Source of the DNA: Angustibacter luteus
GTDB lineage: Bacteria; Actinomycetota; Actinomycetes; Actinomycetales; Angustibacteraceae
Assembly (NCBI RefSeq): GCF_039541115.1
Contig: NZ_BAABFP010000004.1
Location: 548,335 to 568,334, forward strand
Length of the DNA: 20,000 nucleotides
Reading direction: 5' to 3'
The position numbers and the translations under genes were made by a program. Numbering within the stretch: the stretch's first letter is position 1; each line of letters opens with the position of its first letter. Below are positions 15,107-20,000 of the stretch, piece after piece. Below the pieces are notes generated by a model. The model ran no database searches, had not been told where the DNA came from, and saw only the letters and a list, made by a program, of their open reading frames with translations.

Positions 15107-15568
15107 ATGGCCGACGGACCCCGCGACGTGCTGCCGACCCGCGCCGAGTTCGCGGTCTGGCGTCCCATGCCCACCCGCTGGGCCGACAACGACCAGTACG
15201 GGCACGCCAACAACGTCGTCTACTACTCGTGGTTCGACACCGCGGTGAACGGCTGGCTGATGCAGGCCGTCGGGGCAGATGTCCGCGACCTGCCGGCCAT
15301 CGGCATCGTCGCCGAGACGTCCTGCCGGTTCCTCTCGCCCGTCGGCTTCCCGGACGAGCTCGCGGTCGGCCTGCGGGTGGACCGGCTCGGGCGCAGCAGC
15401 ATCACCTACGGGCTCGCGGTGTTCGCGGACGGCGAGGACGCGCCGTCCGCGGTGGGGCGGTTCGTGCACGTGTACGTCGACCCCGCGACCCGCCGTCCGG
15501 TGCCCGTGCCGGACGTCGTGCGGGACGTCGCGTCCGCGATCACCAGTGGTGCATCGACCGCCGGATGA
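15107..15568 (+). CDS. Hot-dog-fold acyl-CoA thioesterase (4HBT/YbgC family)
   Basis: TRWADNDQYGHANNVVYYSWFD motif, LGRSSITY, GRFVHVYVD...RRPVPVP; 153 aa from ATG 15107. Confidence 0.92.
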   Translation: MADGPRDVLPTRAEFAVWRPMPTRWADNDQYGHANNVVYYSWFDTAVNGWLMQAVGADVRDLPAIGIVAETSCRFLSPVGFPDELAVGLRVDRLGRSSITYGLAVFADGEDAPSAVGRFVHVYVDPATRRPVPVPDVVRDVASAITSGASTAG

Positions 15569-16811
15569 TCCCCGCGAGGTCCTCGGCGGAAGGCTCGCGC
15601 GGACTGATGGCGAGCAGCCGCGGCTGGGCCAGCGAGCCCTCCACCAGGTCGTCGACGTCGCCGTCGCCGAAGCCCAGCTCGGCCAGCCCGGAGGGTAGCC
15701 CGATGTCCCGCATCAGGGTGGCCAGCACGGTCGGCAGCTGAGCCGCGGCGTCGTCGCCGACCTCGGCGTCGGGGGCGAGCAGGGCGGCGGCGCGCAGGTG
15801 CCGGTCCGGCGCCGACCCGAAGGTGAACCGGAACGCCTCCGGTGCCGTCATCGAGACCGCCATCCCGTGCGGTACCAGGGGTTCGTCCCCCGGGTAGCCG
15901 GGCGCGTGGAAGTGCCGCACCCGGCCCGCGACCGGGTAGGCGTTGGCGTGCGGGATGTGCACGCCCGCGTTCCCGAAGCCGAGGCCGGCGAACGTCGCGG
16001 CGTAGGCCATGTCGGTGCGGGCGCCCTGGTCGTCGCCGTCGCGCACCGCCCGGCGAAACGCCCCGGCCAGCAACGACATCGCGCGCTCGGACCACATGTC
16101 GGCGATCGGGTTCGCGCCGCAGTAGGGCACCCGCTGGTCCGGGGTCTTGCGCTCGAAGGAGTCGAACGGCCGCGCGGTGTAGCTCTCCAGCGCGTGGCAC
16201 AGGATGTCCAGACCGGCGCTCGCGGTGACCTGGCTGGGTTGGCTGAAGGTGAGCTCGGGATCGATGACGGCCAGCGTGGGCCGCAGCCGGGCGTGGCTGA
16301 CGCCGGTCTTGACCTTGCGGGACAGCACGTCCAGCACGCAGACGGTCGTGGACTCGGCGCCCGTACCGGTCGTGGTGGGGACGGCGACGAGCGGCAGCAG
16401 CGGCCCAGGAGGGGCCTGGCCACCGCCGATCGGGGCGTTCACGTAGTCCATCAGCTCGCCCGGCGAGCAGAGCATCAGGTTGACGGCCTTGGCGGTGTCG
16501 ATGCTGGAGCCGCCGCCGACCGCGACGATGCCGTCGAACCGGCCGAGCGATCGGGCTGCGTCGATCGCGGCCGTCATGCTCTGGTCGGTCGGCTCGACGC
16601 GCGCCTGGTCGTACACCTCGACCTCGAGGCCCTCCTGGCGGATCCCTGCGGCGATGCGGTCGGGAGCGCCGGTGGCGGCGACGCCGGGGTCGGTGACCAG
16701 CAGCACGCGGGTGGCGCCGAGCGCCTTGAGGTCCGCGCCGACCTCGTCGCTGGCGCCGTGGCCGAACTTCAGCCGAGGCGCGGCGTACGTGAAGACCGTC
16801 TCGTTGCCCAT
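15540..16811 (-). CDS. Hydroxyacid-oxoacid transhydrogenase (HOT/ADHFE1-like, iron-containing ADH family)
   Basis: GGGSSIDTAKA, VPTTTGTGAEST, HOT-type segments DYVNAPIGGG, KVKTGVSH, GLDILCHALESYTA, YCGANPIADMW, GFGNAGVHIPHANAYP, VPHGMAV. Confidence 0.9.
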   Translation of the reverse strand: MGNETVFTYAAPRLKFGHGASDEVGADLKALGATRVLLVTDPGVAATGAPDRIAAGIRQEGLEVEVYDQARVEPTDQSMTAAIDAARSLGRFDGIVAVGGGSSIDTAKAVNLMLCSPGELMDYVNAPIGGGQAPPGPLLPLVAVPTTTGTGAESTTVCVLDVLSRKVKTGVSHARLRPTLAVIDPELTFSQPSQVTASAGLDILCHALESYTARPFDSFERKTPDQRVPYCGANPIADMWSERAMSLLAGAFRRAVRDGDDQGARTDMAYAATFAGLGFGNAGVHIPHANAYPVAGRVRHFHAPGYPGDEPLVPHGMAVSMTAPEAFRFTFGSAPDRHLRAAALLAPDAEVGDDAAAQLPTVLATLMRDIGLPSGLAELGFGDGDVDDLVEGSLAQPRLLAISPREPSAEDLAGIIRRSMHHW

Positions 16812-16993
16812 GCTCGCGAGCCTGCCGCACCCCTCGAGCCACCGCCACTCACCACCCGCTTCCGCCGCTCGGTCCCGTTTCCGCCGCCCAAGCCGATCTC
16901 GCGGGCGCAGAACCGGCTTGAGTGGCGGAGGCGTCCTGCCCGAGGCATGGACCGGGGGAGCGAGCCGCCGGGTGGTTGCCTAGAGTTTCGCTC

Positions 16994-19828
16994 GTGAGCG
17001 ACCTGGTGGAGGCCCTGCGCGCCGCCGGGGTGGCGGACGCCGACGCCAGCCTGCTCCGTCGCTCCCTGTACTCCTCGGACGCCTCGCTCTACCGGGTCGA
17101 GCCGCAGGTCGTGGTCGTGCCGCGGCACGTGGACGAGGTGCTGGCTACCGCCGAGGTCTGCCGCACGTTCGGCGTCCCGCTCACCATGCGCGGCGCGGGG
17201 ACGTCGATCGCCGGCAACGCGGTCGGGCCGGGCGTGGTCGTGGACGTCTCGCGGCACCTGCACCAGATCGGTGACATCGACCCCGAGGCCGGGACGGCGG
17301 TCGTCGCGCCCGGTGTCGTGCAGGCCTCCCTGCAGCGCGCCGCGGCGCGGCACGGGCTGCGGTTCGGACCGGACCCGTCCACCCACAACCGGGCGACGCT
17401 CGGCGGCATGATCGGCAACAACGCCTGCGGCTCAAGGGCTCTGGGGTACGGACGCACCAGCGACAACGTCCTCGGGCTGGACGTCGTCACCGGAGCGGGG
17501 GAGCGGCTGCGGCTCGGGTCGATGGCGGGCGCCGTCGTGTCCTCGCCGGCGCTGGACCGGGTCCGGTCGCTGGCCGACGCGAACCTCGCTCTGATCCGCA
17601 CCGAGCTGGGTCGCTTCGGCCGCCAGGTGTCCGGCTACTCGCTCGAGCACCTGCTGCCCGAGAACGGCTTCGACGTCACCCGCGCGCTCGTCGGCAGCGA
17701 GGGGACGCTGGCCCTGACCCTCGCCGCGACGGTCCGGCTGGTCCAGGACGAGCCGGTGCGCCAGCTCGTCGTCCTCGGTTACCCGTCGATGGCCGAGGCG
17801 GCCGACGCCGTGGTCGTGGTGCTGCCGCACGGCCCGGTGGCCTGCGAGGGCATGGACGCCCGCATCGTCGACGTGGTGCGCGCCCGCCGAGGCCCGTCGT
17901 CCGTGCCCCGCCTGCCCCGTGGTGAGGGCTGGCTGCTCGTCGAGCTCACCGGCACCGACCCCGGCGAGGTGCGCGCCCGCGCCGATGCCCTGGTCCGCGA
18001 CGCGGGCGCCGTCGACGCGGAGGTCGTAGCGGACGCGACGCACGCGGCCGCGCTCTGGCGGATCCGCGAGGACGGTGCGGGCCTGTCTGGTCGGACGCCG
18101 GACGGCAACCCGGCGCACCCCGGCTGGGAGGACGCCGCCGTGCCACCGCAGCGGCTCGGCGCGTACCTGCGGGAGTTCGACGCGCTGCTGGACCAGCACG
18201 GGCTGACCGGCCTGCCGTACGGGCACTTCGGCGACGGCTGCCTGCACATCCGGATCGACTTCCCCTTCGACCGCGCCGAGGGCACCGCGGCGTTCCGCTC
18301 GTTCCTGCTGGACGCCGGTCGGCTGGCCGCCGCGCACGGTGGCTCCATGTCCGGTGAGCACGGGGACGGGCGGGCCCGCGGCGAGCTGCTGCCGCTGATG
18401 TACTCGGCCGAGGCCATCGAGCTGTTTGCCGCGGTCAAGGCGGCCTTCGACCCGGACGACCTGCTCAACCCCGGCGTGATCGTGCGGCCCGCGCCGGTCG
18501 ACGCCGACGTGCGGGTCGCCGCCGCCCGCCCCTACCGGGACGGGCTGGCGCTGGCGTACCGGCACGACCGCGGCGACCTGTCAATGGCCGTTCACCGCTG
18601 CACCGGGGTCGGCAAGTGCCGGGCGGACACCACGGCCAGCGGCGGCGTGATGTGCCCGTCGTTCCTGGCCACCCGGGACGAGAAGGACTCCACGCGGGGT
18701 CGCGCGAGGGTGTTGCAGGACGCGGTGTCCGGCAACCTGGGCCCGAACCCTTGGGGCACACCGGCGGTGGCCGACGCGCTCGACCTGTGCCTGTCCTGCA
18801 AGGGGTGCTCGTCCGACTGCCCGACCGGGATCGACATGGCCGCGTACAAGGCGGAGGCGACGTACCAGCGCTACCGGCGACGGCTGCGCCCCCGCGCCCA
18901 CTACACGTTGGGCTGGCTGCCGCGCTGGGCGCGGCTGGCCACCCGCTTCGGCTGGGTCACCCGGGTGGCGAACGCCAGCCTGCGGGTCCGGGCCCTGCAC
19001 CCGCTGGTCACCTTTCTGGCCGGGGTGGACCGTCGCCGCAGCCTGCCGCAGTTCGCGACGCCGACGTTCCGGCAGTGGTTCGACCACCGCCCGAGCGATC
19101 CCGGCGTGACCCTGCTCGAGGCCGTGGTGTTCGTCGACACGTTCACCGACGCCTTCGCGCCCGAGGTCGGCCAGGCCGCGGTCGCGGTGCTCGAGGACGC
19201 TGGCTACCGGGTGAGCGTGACCCGCGAACCGGTCTGCTGCGGGCTGACCTGGATCTCCACCGGCCAGCTCGACACCGCCCGGCGCAAGGTCGGCGCCACG
19301 GTCGCCGCGCTGCTCCCGCACGTCGAGCGGGGGGCCGTGGTGGTCGGGCTGGAGCCGTCCTGCACCGGCGTGCTTCGGTCGGACGCGCTCGAGCTGGCAA
19401 CGGACGCCGACCTGCCTGCCGCGCAACGGGTCGCGGCTGCCACCCGCACGCTCGCCGAGGTGCTCAGCGGCACGCCAGGATGGACGCCGCCGGACCTGTC
19501 GGCCGAGCAGGGCGTCGCCCAGCCGCACTGCCACCACCACGCCGTGATGGGGTGGGAAGCCGACGCCGCGCTGCTGCGCGCGGCTGGCGCCGACGTCCAG
19601 CGCCTGGGTGGGTGCTGCGGGCTCGCCGGCAACTTCGGCGTCGAGCGCGGCCACCACGAGGTCTCCGTCGCGGTCGCCGAGAACCAGCTGCTGCCGGCCG
19701 TGCGCGAGCTGGCCGGCGACGGTGTCGTCCTGGCCGACGGGTTCTCCTGCCGCACCCAGCTCGACGACCTCGCCGACCGCCGCGGCGAGCACCTGGCCCA
19801 GGTACTGGCCCGGCACCTGCCCGGCTGA
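16994..19828 (+). CDS. FAD-linked oxidase with 4Fe-4S and CCG domains (YdiJ / GlcD-GlcF-type D-2-hydroxyacid dehydrogenase)
   Basis: YSSDASLY, RGAGTSIAGNA, GGMIGNNACG, GSEGTL, GHFGDGCLH, SGEHGDG, LLNPG; Fe-S motifs CTGVGKC..CPS and CLSCKGCSSDCP; CCG motifs. 944 aa from GTG 16994, with TAGAGT 7 nt upstream. Confidence 0.9.
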   Translation: MSDLVEALRAAGVADADASLLRRSLYSSDASLYRVEPQVVVVPRHVDEVLATAEVCRTFGVPLTMRGAGTSIAGNAVGPGVVVDVSRHLHQIGDIDPEAGTAVVAPGVVQASLQRAAARHGLRFGPDPSTHNRATLGGMIGNNACGSRALGYGRTSDNVLGLDVVTGAGERLRLGSMAGAVVSSPALDRVRSLADANLALIRTELGRFGRQVSGYSLEHLLPENGFDVTRALVGSEGTLALTLAATVRLVQDEPVRQLVVLGYPSMAEAADAVVVVLPHGPVACEGMDARIVDVVRARRGPSSVPRLPRGEGWLLVELTGTDPGEVRARADALVRDAGAVDAEVVADATHAAALWRIREDGAGLSGRTPDGNPAHPGWEDAAVPPQRLGAYLREFDALLDQHGLTGLPYGHFGDGCLHIRIDFPFDRAEGTAAFRSFLLDAGRLAAAHGGSMSGEHGDGRARGELLPLMYSAEAIELFAAVKAAFDPDDLLNPGVIVRPAPVDADVRVAAARPYRDGLALAYRHDRGDLSMAVHRCTGVGKCRADTTASGGVMCPSFLATRDEKDSTRGRARVLQDAVSGNLGPNPWGTPAVADALDLCLSCKGCSSDCPTGIDMAAYKAEATYQRYRRRLRPRAHYTLGWLPRWARLATRFGWVTRVANASLRVRALHPLVTFLAGVDRRRSLPQFATPTFRQWFDHRPSDPGVTLLEAVVFVDTFTDAFAPEVGQAAVAVLEDAGYRVSVTREPVCCGLTWISTGQLDTARRKVGATVAALLPHVERGAVVVGLEPSCTGVLRSDALELATDADLPAAQRVAAATRTLAEVLSGTPGWTPPDLSAEQGVAQPHCHHHAVMGWEADAALLRAAGADVQRLGGCCGLAGNFGVERGHHEVSVAVAENQLLPAVRELAGDGVVLADGFSCRTQLDDLADRRGEHLAQVLARHLPG

Positions 19829-19848
19829 CCGCACGTGTCGGCGTTCGT

Positions 19849-19923
19849 CCGACAGGACTCGCGTGACCTCGCGCCGCTCACGCGTGCTCGGCCGAGGTCG
19901 AACTGGTGCGCGACTCCTGTTGG
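19849..19923. repeat. Imperfect intergenic inverted repeat
   Basis: CCGACAGGAcTCGCG ... CGCGAcTCCTGTTGG outer stem with an inner GACCTCG/CGAGGTC stem. Confidence 0.5.
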
Positions 19924-19934
19924 TGCGACGCGGG

Positions 19935-20000
19935 CTAGTTGTACTGACCACGGACGTTGGTGACGATTCGGGGCTGGACGTGACGAGGACCTCCGAGTGA
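19935..20000 (-). mobile_element. Terminus of an IS481-family-like element or its internally deleted derivative (runs off window)
   Basis: Plus strand reads TGTACTGACCACGGACGTTGGTGAC from 19940 (TGT end typical of IS481). Minus strand translates SLGGPRHVQPRIVTNVRGQYN-stop, resembling actinobacterial IS481 transposase C-termini that run through the right IR. Recognised from memory only. Confidence 0.55.

Noticed and set aside
11843..19951. Other long overlapping ORFs (542, 399, 480, 377, 456, 416 aa)
   Set aside because: All overlap confidently assigned genes in other frames or strands and lack motifs.

Overview
High-GC actinobacterial chromosomal window. The monoderm-type DnaK with a '[11 protein letters not shown]' insert and the zinc-finger-less DnaJ in the dnaK operon suggest Micrococcales/Kineosporiales-like lineages (inference). 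From left to right: the 3' end of an ECF transporter (ATPase + T component); a divergent MarR/quinone-oxidoreductase pair sharing a tandem palindromic operator; an OmpR-type two-component system flanked by two low-complexity exported-protein genes, one with His/Asp-rich HDANDDHGG repeats; a GNAT acetyltransferase behind a GlnR-box-like array; an MFS transporter behind a SoxR-type MerR promoter; dnaK-grpE-dnaJ-hspR with two HAIR operators; glutaminase; a frameshifted NmrA/SDR gene; pcm; a hot-dog thioesterase; a divergent hydroxyacid-oxoacid transhydrogenase (HOT) / YdiJ-like FAD-FeS dehydrogenase pair; and the end of an IS481-like element at the right edge. Best candidates for under-described systems: the HOT + D-2-hydroxyglutarate dehydrogenase-like (+ thioesterase) module, and the two-component system with the His/Asp-repeat exported protein. 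Several long intergenic palindromes and many apparently leaderless genes are also visible. No CRISPR array, tRNA or rRNA was seen. All functional calls come from motif recognition; no database searches were run.
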